The notes: generated from the sequence alone by a model not told the origin. DNA of 55,225 nucleotides, filler included, from Dirinaria sp. TL-2023a (GCA_051941275.1; 5 parts of 5 records of this genome joined end to end with filler, not necessarily neighbours in it), one strand, 5' to 3'; positions 24,899 to 37,800 are shown, counted from the whole stretch's first letter. A program made the numbers and translations.

Positions 24899-26375
24899 AT
24901 TATTGCGAATTCTTTAAAAGATGGGACCCGAAAGAAGCCCGCTTCTTTCCAGAACTAAAGGTACAGCAAGCACAAATAACGAACGCTACGAACCTACCTT
25001 CTAGGATATAAGACCAAAGAGAGGGCAACGAGATATATGGAGCTGTGTCAGCTCCTCGGGATCCACCCATGTTGTTTCATAGATGATCCCTAAATCTCCC
25101 TCAAAACGTGCCTTGAGTGGGGTTGCCCACGTTCCTTGCGTGAGGCTCGGGCTTAGTCCAGTATTTAAAGCCTGACTACACTTTGGAGCAGGGTGCGATA
25201 AATCCCTTCGATCAGTGAAATGAGTTTGTTCAGCGATAGTAAATCCATATGGTGACAGCCGTGGATTCCTATGAAGGATGTTTTTTGCTGCCCGGATACT
25301 TTTTGCAAGCGAAATATTGAAAGCTGCAGCAATCAGTAATCGTACCTTGCTTCGGTACCTGCTTGATGAAGAGAACAGAAACACGAAACGAAGGTTCTCC
25401 CGCCGAAGGTTTGCCGCGCGAATCTGATCTTCCGACGGTGCGGCTCGGATATTCTCCAAACACAGAGCCTGAAACATTCCGAGCGATCGTGCCATCGTAA
25501 TACGGAAAAGTGTCGCGCCAAGGAGGATCACGACTTCAAGTTTTGAGAGTGCAAGGCCGAATATATGAAATGCGAAGACTCTCTTACTCACCTTACAAAT
25601 GCGCCTTCATATCGCAGCAGGTTACCCAAGTCCACGCTGAATCTGCTGAGCGGGACAGTCGAGTCAGAATGCGGCTAAGAAAATGGAAGCGGTCAAAATA
25701 CCAGTCGTCTCTCGATCGTTAAGCCAAGTCAAGTGGGCGAAGACACAAAGCCTACATGTACATTATACATTGTACTTACTGACCTCGGCCCCAACCCATA
25801 AGGTAGGTAAGCCAATCGCTCATGACGTAGGTTGATCTGGCAGAGCCTCCACTCGCTTAGAGGTGCTGCTTTCAGGATAGTCGTTGATAAGATACTGTAA
25901 GTAGGTACGAGGTGCGAGTACCGACTCATTATTTATTTCGCATTTCGAGTTTACTATTCGCAGCAGCATTTCCTCATCCAGATCATCGATCTGTACGTCT
26001 TCGTTTTCAGGCATAATGCTCGCATTACACGAGAACGTGCGGCAGTAATACATCGACAAATTCCAGCCAACACATGTTCAATGGTCGCTTGTCGATTGCA
26101 AACTCGTGCGTGGAAAGCGTCTCGAAGTGGACGCCTTCTTCTTGCCTTCACACGATGAAATGCCCGTTGCTACATTTCTACACCACCACCCAGTTTCCTG
26201 CTCCTAGAGTATCACCACTGGAGCTAGCGTGACTTATGTGGCGTAGGTCGTCTCGATTTCCTTTCGTCTCTTGTCCCTCGGAATTGAATATCTGGTTGTC
26301 CAGTTACAAGACTCTGTACGTGGTCAGTGCACCTTTCATTGTTGTGAGTGTTGACTTTTTCCTTTGCACGCTTAT

Positions 26376-26780
26376 CATGGTCATTCGCATATTCTTCGTG
26401 CCGTCCTCATCTTTTACTTGTCGGATTGACTAAAGTACGCTTTCACTTTTTTTTATGTTACACGAAAGGAGGGGAGGGCGTACTTGCGGTCATCATTCGC
26501 CGTTATAGTGAATCTGTTGGCTCGTGAGCACGTTCTCAGAGTCTGAGAGTCAAGTCTCAGACCAACAGCCAAAACTACGCATCATCATCCGCATGGTTTT
26601 CGTTCCATCCTTACCTTTTACTGTGTCGAATCATTTCCGCTTTCAATGCTGTTTGTGTTACACGAAGAAGGAAGGGAGAGTGCCCACCGTGGCCAGTCGT
26701 CGTTGGCATGGAACCGTTGGCTCGTGAGCAATTTGGAAATGTCTGAGAGCCGAGTCACAGAATAGCAGCCAAAACCGCGC
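26376..26780. repeat. Degenerate non-coding tandem duplication, about 200-bp unit x2
   Basis: GTTGGCTCGTGAGCA occurs at 26516 and 26716. GTTACACGAA, GTCTGAGAG and CAGCCAAAAC are also shared in the same order. Confidence 0.8.
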
Positions 26781-27540
26781 GAAACGGCATTTCAACAATA
26801 CCCGTCGTGGCCTTATCGCCAGCAGAATAGTCTCGAACGAGAAAACCATTTCGGGTTTTAGAACGGTAAAAAGACCCAGTATGGTGGTTGATTTCAGCCT
26901 CCTTGGTACAGTAGGCAAAGAACCTCATCCTTTGGAACCGAAAATCTTTTAGTCAATTCGTAATCCTCTCAGCAAGGCAACACACTTCTTGAAGTATGCC
27001 GGAGTGGTACGGTTCTCATCTATACATAGGCGAGCGCTTTCAATGAGCGCATTGACTCTCGATTTGGGTTGTATGACTCTATTGGGTAATTGTTGGCGCC
27101 TTTATCGCCGAATATATCTGTGCTCTTGTGACGAGCTCTCCACGGTGTGTTGATTGGCCTCGCTACGGTGGTCATAGGCCCGTCGCTTAGAGCCTAGACC
27201 AAACAGTGTCCCGCTGGTCTGGGCACCAGTACCAACTGCCGTTGCGACTTGACACAGCCTTAACAAGTCATTCGAGGTCTTCGAGAATTGAAACAATCCG
27301 AGATCCTAATCACGGTTTCACCTACAAGCTCTTTACTCTCGCATTCTGAATATAGTTCTCTTCACAGGCTTCTCTCGACGCGGCTATCGCGTGCTCAATC
27401 ATTTCATATCCGCCTAAGTCTTGCCATTACCACGTCCGATGGTGAAAATAAAAGTCAGGGGAGGTCCTGTATTTGAACACCAAAGTTATGTCCTCATACC
27501 GCTCTCCACCTTAGCGATACCTGGTATGGCGAAGTCAAGA

Positions 27541-28078
27541 ATGCATGCTTACAGGCTCTGGTCAATATGGCTTTTACTGATAGAGTATTCCCATTCATTC
27601 CCACTAAACGCTTCCCAAGGCGATGGGACCAGATCATTAACTGCACAAGTCAGATTACTTCCCTTCTACAACTCTCGTTCGTGTATTGACCCAACTTCAG
27701 CTGCAGCTAGACTGCCGAGGGCCCCTACCAGGAGCACCATACCCACCAGGTACTGATATGGTGTCTCTCCGAGATCATAACGGCGTCATCACCGCTCTCA
27801 TCTTTACCAGTTATTGGAAGGAGACGGAAGTCATCTTCGAGAAAAGCGGTCTTTGTACCCGAGCAGGCTGTGATTGCACCGTTGGACCTATCGCAACATG
27901 CCAGAACAGACAGCACTTCGATTATGACCCGCGGATTGCCAATTGGTACGCGCCGAACTGTATTCGAGGCTGCAAATGTGTACCAGGATATGGGCCAGAC
28001 GCGAGCGATCATTTCGTGATCACGAATGGCACCTCCATCAGAAGTGCTCTCAAGCAAAACGGAACCACAACCCAATGA
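27541..28078 (+). CDS. Small secreted cysteine-rich (8 Cys) effector-like protein, 2 exons
   Basis: Signal peptide MHAYRLWSIWLLLIEYSHS-FP (alternative ATG at 27526). A phase-0 intron 27649-27700 joins to LQLDCRGP...GLCTRAGCDC...TC...NCIRGCKC...*. Confidence 0.75.
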
Positions 28079-28872
28079 ATCCTGAGTTACCAAAGGTGTC
28101 GAGGACTGGTTTCGCAAGCACACATTGATGCGCTAGTTCCGGTCCTCGGTCGACAAAAATATCTAAGCTGACCCCTGGCTTACATCGAGTAGAAGGGTCA
28201 ATCGCTGTGGCGAGGCTGACAATTTTTCCAGGCGTGCAAAGTGGATGAAAAAAGCAGCAGTTGGAAGCACAAATTACGTCGGTCGTTTTACAGAATAGGG
28301 ACATCCGTTACCTCTGGCATTAGATGTCAGATGAGGGCAAAATGTACCACTCATCCTCGTCCACGCTCCTGAGTCGGGCACACTGGAATTTGGAGAGAGT
28401 AAACTACTAAATTCTACGGCTTTAGAGTAGTATGCTGAGGCACTCCATAACCAATACGTTCTTCTTGCAAAATGGTTCATGTAATGGAGAAATTCAATAA
28501 TTATGCTGCAAAGTGCAAGATACTGTTCAATGTAATCGATAAATTTGAATTCCTACAGATGAAATCGTTCAAAAGCACTCAATCGCAGATATCAAATTGA
28601 CGGATTGATGTGGCCTAATGTAAAGTACCTAAGTACTCACTGCTGACTGTAGGGCTCAATCAGGGTTTTTCAATGAGCACGGAGCCACGGAGCTCCTCGC
28701 AGCTTGTACGTCATTCTACGTCGATGCGACGCTGCGTTGCTCAGAATCACTCTTCATCGAAACCAGACCTCCCTCACGTCCCCATTCATTGGCCAGCGGA
28801 CTTGCGTAAGTATCTTCTGGTTCTATATTCATTCTCCTCGTTGACAGTTCCACGCAGTCAGACCTCTACAGC

Positions 28873-29433
28873 ATGCCGGTCATGAGGGTAACCCCACAAC
28901 CCCAATCTTACGCGGTCCTGCGCCACCTGTCTCGAGCTCCAACCGCCTCCATTCGGACCCAACCGCGCCGGTTCTACGCACACGAGTCGTCGTCTTATGG
29001 TGGAGGCGCCGGAGATCCAAAGGGCGAAAACCCATCGAAACAAGGTGCAAACCCATCAGCGGACAAAGAGCATCCCGGACCTCCACCACCTCCAGAGGGC
29101 CAAGGCACAGGCGGTGGGCCTACCAAAGCCACCGATTCGGGCCACGGCGCGCAACAGAGTCAATCAGGCGGTTCAGGGACGAGCCAGGGGGTCAGTGGCC
29201 GCTCATCACAGCCCAGAATCTTGCAGGAGAATAACCCGGAACACAGCGAGGACGTGAAAAGGCACAATGAGGAGTACTCGAAGCGGCATGATCGGCCGGC
29301 CGAGCATGCAAACGAGAAAGAGGATCAAACCGTTGGCAAAGGGTTTTGGAGTGGTGAGTGACTGTCCTACGATCGTTCACAGGATGGGCGTCTGACTTCC
29401 ACAGGTCATGGTGGAGCCGATCGGAATCCATAG
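28873..29433 (+). CDS. Small Gly/Pro-rich hypothetical protein with a mitochondrial-type presequence, 2 exons
   Basis: Arg-rich, acid-free N-terminus ending RRFYA. Motifs EHPGPPPP and SEDVKRHNEE. Intron 29354-29404 gives the C-terminus KGFWSGHGGADRNP*. Confidence 0.8.
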
Positions 29434-30193
29434 GCTGGCTCGCATTACTTGAGTTTCCAGTTTCACGCGTGTTTGAACTATCTTCAACCATTGAATTTGC
29501 ACTTGGCCTCAGCAACAATGTGATGGTCAGGTCACACGTGGTGAACAGGAATCGATCGGCCATTTGACGGGCATCACGCAATTGACAATTCTTCCTGTTC
29601 CACTCAGTTTCCTGATGTCATGAGCATCCTCAGCCTCATATGCGGTGTTTTGGAGGCCATTGGCGATTAGCGCTGGCAAGAACTGCTTTTTCCCATCCTG
29701 CCCGTGGCTCGTAACTGGGGTGACGCTGTGGCTTGACAGTCATGGCGCAGGCATCTCCTTTTCCTTACCTATTTACTCTACCCATTTATTTTAAATCGAG
29801 GACACGACCCTGTATTGTCGGAAAACAACAGTACAAATAGTAAATCGGATTGTGGGCGGTGCAATGAACATTATTGCCGTCACCTGCTTACCGTACAGTA
29901 CTCTGTATTTACAGTTGCTGTGGGTATATTAATTGCCCAGAGTGAGCTTGACCGCTAGCGTTGCGTCATTCCCAGCCGGCTGCCGTCACCTCAATTTCCC
30001 CCTCCCTCTCCCAAAATCCAAACCCCAGTGCAAACCTGCCTTACGAGGATTTGTTTGCGCGCCGCAACTCCGCAACTCCTACCTCACAACATCAAACCTC
30101 ACCTCCCCAAAACACGCCATAGTGAGTTCCTTACCTTCTGATCCGCATCAGAGTATTCAGTCTCACCCCGATTCAGAATCAATATCAACCATC

Positions 30194-32161
30194 ATGAGGT
30201 TCTTACTCTCGTCAGCCTTGGTCGTGGCTCTAGCCGCCGAGAGCACCGTCGCCAGCTCTTGGTGGTCAGGCTTCGCTGGCAAAGCAGGTCAGTCCCGCTG
30301 CTATATTTTTTCGCGCGTGTACTCGTTTTTGTTCTTGGGACACAGACGCGTGAAGACGAGCGGATGTTCGCCACTGCTCTTAACGCATCTACAAGACCTT
30401 GACACACGAGAAGAGCTTTGCAACGCGTTAAAACGTTCAACACTGACAGTCACGGTAGCATATAACAAATGGCACGAAACCGAGCTTGAGCGCTGGCTCG
30501 GCGACCACAACATCCCATATCCAACTCCAGCCGATCGCGCAGATCTAGAGAATCTCGTGAAGAAAAACTGGCAGGACAAAGTAGCCACTCCATACAATGA
30601 CTGGGAGCCAGCCCAGCTTCAGTCCTACCTCAAATCCAAAGGCCAAGAAGCCAAGAAGGGAACAGAGTCGAATAAGAACAGTCTCGTGGCCCAGGTGAAG
30701 GAGTACTGGACCGAAACAGCCGACTCCGCTTCCAAATCATATGAGAGCGTCAAGGACTGGATATTTGATGGGTCCTCCTTTTCATTAACCAAACTCGAGG
30801 CTTCAAAGTACTGACATATACCACGCAGCTGGACTGATTCGCAACTCAAAGCCTTCCTTGACAGGAATGGTGTACCGGCGCCTCAGCCACGTAAGCGCGA
30901 CACTCTCCTAGCCACCGTTCGACAGAATTACGAGGCGATCGCCCAAAAACTCGACCAAACAGCGCGCTACCCTGGCAATTGGCTCTATGAGGCCTGGTCC
31001 GAGTCCGAGCTCAAGGAGTTCCTCGATGAGCGTGGAGTACCTGTCCCACAACCCAGCACCCGGGACAAGCTTATCGCGTCTGTCCGCCGTAACTCTCGTC
31101 TGTCTGCTCAGAGTCTGAAGGACCTCACCGCATCTGCTTCTGCTTCCGCGAATGCGGCTAAGCAGAGTCTTACCGACGCAATGCTGGATTCCTGGAGTGA
31201 CAGCCAGATCAAAGATTGGGCCGACAAAAACGGCATCAAAGTCCCTCAAGGCTCCAAACGCAATGAATTGATTGCACTTGCGAAGAAACATCGAAATCAG
31301 CTCACCGGCGATAATGTTGGCTCTTCTGCTGTCAGCGCTTATGGTGCTGCTACCTCCAAGGCCGGCAATGAGTACGCCAAAGCTACTGATGATGTTTCTT
31401 TGAAGAGTCAGAACACGTTCGACGAAGCGGTTGGCACCTGGAGCGACAGTCGTCTTAAGGCTTACCTCGATGCTCGTGGCGTTCCCGTACCTCAGGGTGG
31501 GAAGAAGGACGAGCTCATCAAGCAGGTCCGACTTAACAAGTACAAAGCTTCTTCCGGCTGGTCTGCATGGACTTTTGACACCTGGAGCACCGAGAACTTG
31601 AAGTAAGTCTGCAGCATGCTATCTTCTTACAGTGGATGCTAATTGCGCAGGAAATGGTTGTCTTCGCAAAACAACAAAGCGGCTTCCAAGTCGTCGGCCA
31701 CTCGCGACGATCTGCTCAAGCAAGCTCAAGATAGCTATTCTTCGGCTTCCAAATCTGGCGGCAGCAATTACGCCTCAGTGACCTCGTATCTCGCGGCTGC
31801 GACGGATGCCGCAAAAGACACCACCTTCGACACCTGGTCCGACAGCGAGCTTAAATCGTATCTCGACTCGTACGGTATCCCGACGTACCAGGGTTCCAAC
31901 ACCAACGAGCTGAAGGCCACGGCCCGTCGCAACGCCAACTACTTCCGCTACGGCAGCCAGGAGGGCATCTTGGACCGTTTGCGAGGCAGCGCGCAGTGGG
32001 TGCTCGATCAGCTCAAGATCGGCGCCGCCAGCGGGAAAGAGCAGGCGGCCTACAACGCCGAAAAGGGTGCCGATGCAGTCAAGGAGGCTGGCACGGCTGC
32101 CACGAATCGTGCTGGCGAAGCCGCGCAGAAGGCGGGGGATAAGGTTAAGGAGGAACTGTAG
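30194..32161 (+). CDS. ish1: Ish1/Msc1-family stress-responsive nuclear envelope/ER-lumen protein, 4 exons
   Basis: Exons 30194-30287, 30459-30771, 30829-31602, 31651-32161. Signal peptide, repeated W[ST][DE]S[QE]LKx[FWY]LD..G[IV]PxPQ Ish1 units, and C-terminal KEEL. Confidence 0.9.
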
Positions 32162-33113
32162 GACGGGAAGTCTGCATAGGAAGTATGAAAAGGAGATGGA
32201 CGGCGGATCGTGAAGATTGAAGGCTGGAAGGAAGGTAGCAAAGTGGTTGACAGTAGTGATCGAAGCAAGAAGAAATTGTTATGTTTGCTCGCTCTTATGA
32301 GTACAGAAAGCACCGAATATCCTTTGGAAGTAAAATTGTATTATATCATCTTAGGTTTTTCTTCCCCCCCCCCCAAATCGAGGCAAAAAAAGGTAAAAAG
32401 AAGAGAGAGAAAAGAGAGAGAGAGAGAGAAAAAAGAGTTGTTCCCTATTCCAAATGGATCAAATCAACTAGGTAATCAGTCCATGGGCATTCGAAATTTT
32501 AAACGAAATCAAATGCATGCCCTTTCCCGTCTGTTTTCTCCCTTGTTTCTTGCGAAAATCATGGTTTCCCCCCCTTTTTTTCCTGCTGTATATCACACAA
32601 GTGAAAACATCAGACCAAATCAAATCCAATCAAAATATCCCATTGAGATAAATCAATTCGGATTTGGGAAAAATCGTGTTTTTTTTCGTCTTCGCTTATC
32701 TCAGCTGTACTCCTTTCTTTCTTCCCCGTCTCGGTTCTATCTAGTTCGTAGAAATAGATTTGACATGTTGCGAAATCTTGACAATCTCCAAATCCCTCCC
32801 TCCCCTATATACGCAGTCTACAATTTAACTCTCTCTTTTTTTGGGAATCTCACTTCTGTCACAGCACCCTCCTCAGTATCCAAAATTCGGTTTCTTTTGT
32901 CAAAATACTCTGCTAGCTTTTTGCTGTCTCAGGACGCAATGTGTGCATTTCTAGCGAGAAAAACGGGGTTTAAGGGGAATAAACGGGTTTAGGAAGGGTT
33001 GATGGATGGATTTATCGTGGAAGTGTGTCACTGTTTAATGGATAGGTGTGAAAAGGCGCTGGATGGAAAAGGAGGATGGATTTGTGATTTTTTGTTTCTG
33101 AAGCATCGAGTTG

Positions 33114-33213
33114 NNNNNNNNNNNNNNNNNNNNNNNNNNNNNNNNNNNNNNNNNNNNTTAATTAATTAANNNNNNNNNNNNNNNNNNNNNNNNNNNNNNN
33201 NNNNNNNNNNNNN
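33114..33213. other. Artificial contig spacer
   Basis: 44N-TTAATTAATTAA-44N. Confidence 0.97.
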
Positions 33214-34141
33214 GGGTAGGGTATGAGATTAAGAGAAACGCACTCTTCCTCTCCTTCTTCCCTCATTCTTAAATCTTGAATTTTGGCTTGTTGTAAAGAT
33301 TTACACGTACTCGTACTTGTATAAGAGTAAACGATTAAAAAAAAAGAAAGAAAGAAAAGAGGGTAATGGTGGATATATATGGTTGCATTTTATTTCATTT
33401 CTCTAGATGAGTTTTTGGAGGGAAGAAGGCTCGGAGGGAGAAAGGCAGATGTGGAGGGGGGGAAGATACCTTAGGCAAGGTTGTGCCAGGTCCTGGAGTT
33501 GGGTTGAGATGTAACTGGACGCCTTTGTTTTTTCTGGTTGTGGGAGGACATTGGGCAAGCAAAAACGAGTTCGGATGCATAAGGTATTTAGGTATGGGAA
33601 AGGCAGATGAAGTTGAATGAATTCGTTCATAAATCGAACTATAGATACAAGAGTCATAAAATTTCCTCTTCCTTCGTATCCATCCAGAAACAGAAACCAA
33701 ACAAGGCCTATATACAAATCGGCGCGCCCAAAAAGCAAATTGTAGGTGTAGGGGGTTTAAAGCGAGTGCTCTCTCTCTGTGGATCTCTCTCTCGCTCTCT
33801 ATGTTCTATACCCAGGAACATCTATCTCTCCCACAAAAGCCTCCGGCAGACCATGCATCCCATTCCCGCTGGGAAATGGCTGGCTGGCCGGCCAGCAGTG
33901 TCTGTCTAACGATGGTCGTGATTCTTCATACCCTTCCCTTCCCTCCGCACGCACATGCGATGCTCAAAACGCGGTCAAAAAAAAAAAAAGCAAATAAAGT
34001 CAGTCGAATCGAAAAACAATACGCGACCAACTCAGGTCTCCTCCAACGCCGCTGCTGAAGATCGAAATGATCAACGATATGCCGCTCCCGGCTTAGCTAT
34101 ATCGTGTGTGTGCTTTGTGTCGTCGTCGTCGTCGAATAGTT

Positions 34142-34846
34142 TCACGCGGCGACTGCGGCTTGCTCAGCAGCCGGTGTTTGGGTCTCGTGGCGCATTTCAA
34201 TTGCTTGGATGAGCTCATTGACCTTGCGACGGATCAAGGGTTCTCCCACGCCAGTCCCGATTTCCAGATCGGATGCAAACTGGTCGGAGAGATCTTCACG
34301 CTTGAGGTTGTTGTTGCGCTTCCGATCTCTGAGGACAGGGGTTCCGACGCCGAATTCAACGTCTTCTGCGAATTCTTCCGAGAGAGAATTTTCTTGGGAC
34401 CTCCGCTTGGGCGCGTTCAGATTTCCGGCCTCGTCGGTGTTATCGTCGCGACGGGCGAGCACGGGCGTTCCCACACCAAATTCGACGTCGTCCGAAAACT
34501 CCTGGGAAAGGGAGTCTTCCTCATTCCCAGCAGGTGCAGGGTTTGAGTTCAAATCCGTGACAGCGCCGACAGCGCGCTTGGAATTGTCGCGTTTGTCTCT
34601 GAAAAGGTGATCTCCTACGCCGAACTCGACTTCAGAGGCGAACTCGTCTTCGAATGACTTGCCTGATCCTTCGGGAGTAGTTGGGAGTGTGCTGGCGCGG
34701 CGAGCATTCAGATGCTCAGGCACTGAGGATAGAGATTCGGAGCGACGACGGCCGGCGCTGACTGGTGCTGGTTCGCGGAGTGGTGCCCCAAGAGAAAGGG
34801 TAGCCAGGGAAGACAGGGCAAGGGGAAGGACAGGTGAGAACTTCAT
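34142..34846 (-). CDS. Secreted Kex2-processed repeat protein (KEP), a peptide precursor with 4 acidic core repeats
   Basis: Intronless 234-aa ORF with signal peptide MKFSPVLPLALSSLATLSLG-AP. Four repeats (SFEDEFASEVEFGVGDHL, SLSQEFSDDVEFGVGTPVL, SLSEEFAEDVEFGVGTPVL, DLSDQFASDLEIGTGVGEPL), each followed closely by KR or RR. Confidence 0.85.
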   Translation of the reverse strand: MKFSPVLPLALSSLATLSLGAPLREPAPVSAGRRRSESLSSVPEHLNARRASTLPTTPEGSGKSFEDEFASEVEFGVGDHLFRDKRDNSKRAVGAVTDLNSNPAPAGNEEDSLSQEFSDDVEFGVGTPVLARRDDNTDEAGNLNAPKRRSQENSLSEEFAEDVEFGVGTPVLRDRKRNNNLKREDLSDQFASDLEIGTGVGEPLIRRKVNELIQAIEMRHETQTPAAEQAAVAA

Positions 34847-37800
34847 GTCGACGGTGGGATACGGTTGCGGTGGAAGAGTGCTAGGCACCTAATGGCGCGG
34901 TACTGGGGATCCCGGGAGGAAGTCGTATTGCCGGTTGTCACGATGACAACTGAGGAATGATGGATATGTATTGAGTGAAGACGGTTGCTAAGGTGCGTCA
35001 GGTAGCCGAGGGTGGCAGGTATGCAGGTATGCAGGTAATGGTTGTAATGCCTGATCTGGGGTCGGAAAATAGATTTGGATTGCAGATATAGTGCTTTGGT
35101 GTTTCTGGGGATGGTAGCGAGGCTGTATGATCTACGCTGGGGAAGGGTAGAGGTCATATATGTACTTCGCAGACAATAAATCTGGAGAAGCGGAGAGAAT
35201 ACGCTAAACCAATGAAGGTTCGGTGATCACCGGCTACACGCCATGATCAAGCGCAAAACGATGGTGGCTGACAATTGATATTGGCAAGCCGGCGATCGGT
35301 TGTCTCAGGGTCACATTCGGTGTTGCCGTGGTGCCTTTTGGGGCAAAACGCAAGATCCGACCAGACGTGAGAGTCGAAACGTGGCCACCGGCATCTTGGC
35401 TGGCAACGAATCCCACGCTTAACAACTCACCGCATGACCAGCTCGCTGGGGCACACATTGGCACAGGGTCTCTGACGTTGTAGGTATGACCCTTAATGCG
35501 AGGATCAGCAAGAGAACGAAGGAATAGTGGGAGCACAGCAGTCGTGGCGTGGGGACCGAAGGCCATAATTGGAATCACCCCAGCCGGTAAGATGCCTCCG
35601 ATCGCAAGCGGACGATCAGGCGAGTAAGCGAGTGGCAGAGGATGCAAAGACGTTGAAACACGACCGGCTAGCCCTAAGTGTGTGTTTGGCGCGGCTATTG
35701 CTGAGCCGCCGGACTTGACGATGTGTGACGCAACCTGTAGAATACAAACGATGGCCACGCCCCTGGTAGAAATCCCTCATATCGCTTGTGACATCATGAG
35801 ACGCTTCACGTTCGAAGGCCCTTTAACTTTCCAGGCATCCTTCTGGCCAAGCTGGAAAAGGCCGTTCATCCTTTCACTCGTCCGATGCAGTCAGCCTTTC
35901 GGAAGCTCCGACCACTACTCATCTCCACTATTTGTCAAAGGATCTTTGCATCCCTCGTGACCGATAATAATAATATCATCCAGGCAAGGTATGATATCAT
36001 CGTCCTGTCTTGGTGAGTTCAGAATGAGGCTGCGACGATCCTCAGGCTAGTGTGTAGGTGCAAGTGCTCATCGAAGCACCACATTTGGTCTGTGGCGCGC
36101 CTCGTTGGCGAGATTAGGAATGTTTAGCTCGGCCAATCGGTTTGGGCAGCGAAGTCTTAACCAACGCACAACCGTCCTCGTAAGAGCTCGCTTCTTCTTT
36201 GGGTGCGCCTGACGTTTTCTTAACATGCGTAAATGTACTACTACTGTCGATCCCCCAAAGTCAGTCGTCGGTCAGCCATCACGAGCAATTGTCCATAGAG
36301 AAGTCCACGCAAAGTGGCGCGATTATTTGGTAGAGGTCGCTATTTCAGTCAAATGCGCGCGCAAAGCACGTTGAGTAATTCATACATATTTTGTTTTAGC
36401 TTATGCCCTTGGATTGCATATGGCCAACCTCGCTCGTGAAGGAAAGGTTGGAGGCTGTGGCGCTGCAGCGCTGCGAGGCTTCCCATACGGTGATTGTGTG
36501 TTTTACCTGATCAAGTAATCTGAGCCAGAGAAGAGCCGCAACGTTACAAGCTTCTTGCCGCATGCACAGGCCTGCGGTTATCTCAACAGGAATGCAAGAT
36601 ATAACGGTATCCTAGAGCCACAGAATGGTCTGGCCCCAGCCACAGTCTTTCCCTAGGTCGCCCATGCCGACTGTGCGAATATGAAGAGCGGTAGAGTTTG
36701 ATTGATGTGTGTAGACAGGGGCTTTGCGATCACGAGAAAGTTCGAATGGTGGCGCTGAGATCATGTGGTCTCGTAAATGATTCTCTCCTCATCCTTGCCT
36801 TGGCCTGTATTTGAGACTGGACAGGATATAGAAGAAACAACATAAGGAATCTATAGGTGGACAGTAACATGGCTTCGCCTTGAATCAACATTGGCATTAC
36901 CTTGTCATAGCCATCATGTGGTGTTATGTTAGATCTGTTATGTTATAGGCTTCTTCGCCACGTCGAGATGTCGGTGCCAGGACCACACTTATTACAGCCC
37001 CTGACTGTTGCCTGGAAAGATTGAATGGTGTTGGCGATACTGCATGTAGCATAGAAGACACTCCAGGCATCGGTGTCGGCGGAACCGCTACGTTCAGTTG
37101 CCAGGTGACAGTGATCTCGCAGACGAATCAGAATAAATCAGCTGCTCGACCTAAGAAACTTAATGAGATATGATACGGGTGATGGTTGAGTCTTAGTCTT
37201 CATTTCGGCTTGATATGGGTTGAAATCGGAATACTTTCTTGTGCTTAACATATCAGATAACTTTGGATAGGGTTGTCTGACACTTCGCCGCGCTCCCAAC
37301 CATAATCTCCATGCAATGCTTCTCACCATCGTGCAGTAGCTGCTCCATCAACCCAAGTGTTGGAGCAAATATAGTGGCTACTTGTGCTCCATGACCGAAA
37401 TGAAGCGCTATTCTAGCATTGACAGGAACTTGAGCCTGTTTGGTAATCGCCTTTCGAGCGGTTGTATTGCTTGTGTACATCCAGTAAGACAAGATTGCAT
37501 TTTAGGTAATTTCGATGCTATTCACAGATGGCTCTAAGCCGCTTGATTGAACTGCGAATCTACGTATCGTAGGCGAAATTCCGGATCTGTATCCGCGATG
37601 GAACGGTAGCATTCTGGAGAGTTCTTTTTTCGGACGCGAAGCACTGCCCCAAAGCCGAGACGGAACTGTAGAATTTCGTGAGGATACAATGGTTGGCGTC
37701 GTGACTGAACGATAATGGTGGTATTGCCGCTTCACCAATAAACAGCCCGGGCTCTGCGGCTCAAGGATCCTGCGGTAGCGCAGAACAGCACCACGAGATA

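Noticed and set aside
25001..26059. Possible decayed minus-strand gene (MPENEDVQIDDLDEEMLL... plus GTAAGT/GTGAGT donors)
   Set aside because: The fragments could not be joined into a consistent reading frame or assigned to a family.
27541..28078. Hydrophobin
   Set aside because: It has eight Cys but lacks the two CC doublets that define hydrophobins.
32210..32992. 260-aa ORF downstream of Ish1
   Set aside because: GTG start in AT-rich homopolymer and AG-microsatellite DNA; most likely 3'UTR or intergenic.
34142..34846. Calling the KEP a dikaritin RiPP precursor or mating pheromone
   Set aside because: No DUF3328 or other tailoring gene is on the contig, the cores have no Tyr, there are no XA/XP spacer runs, and the repeats are too divergent for a pheromone.
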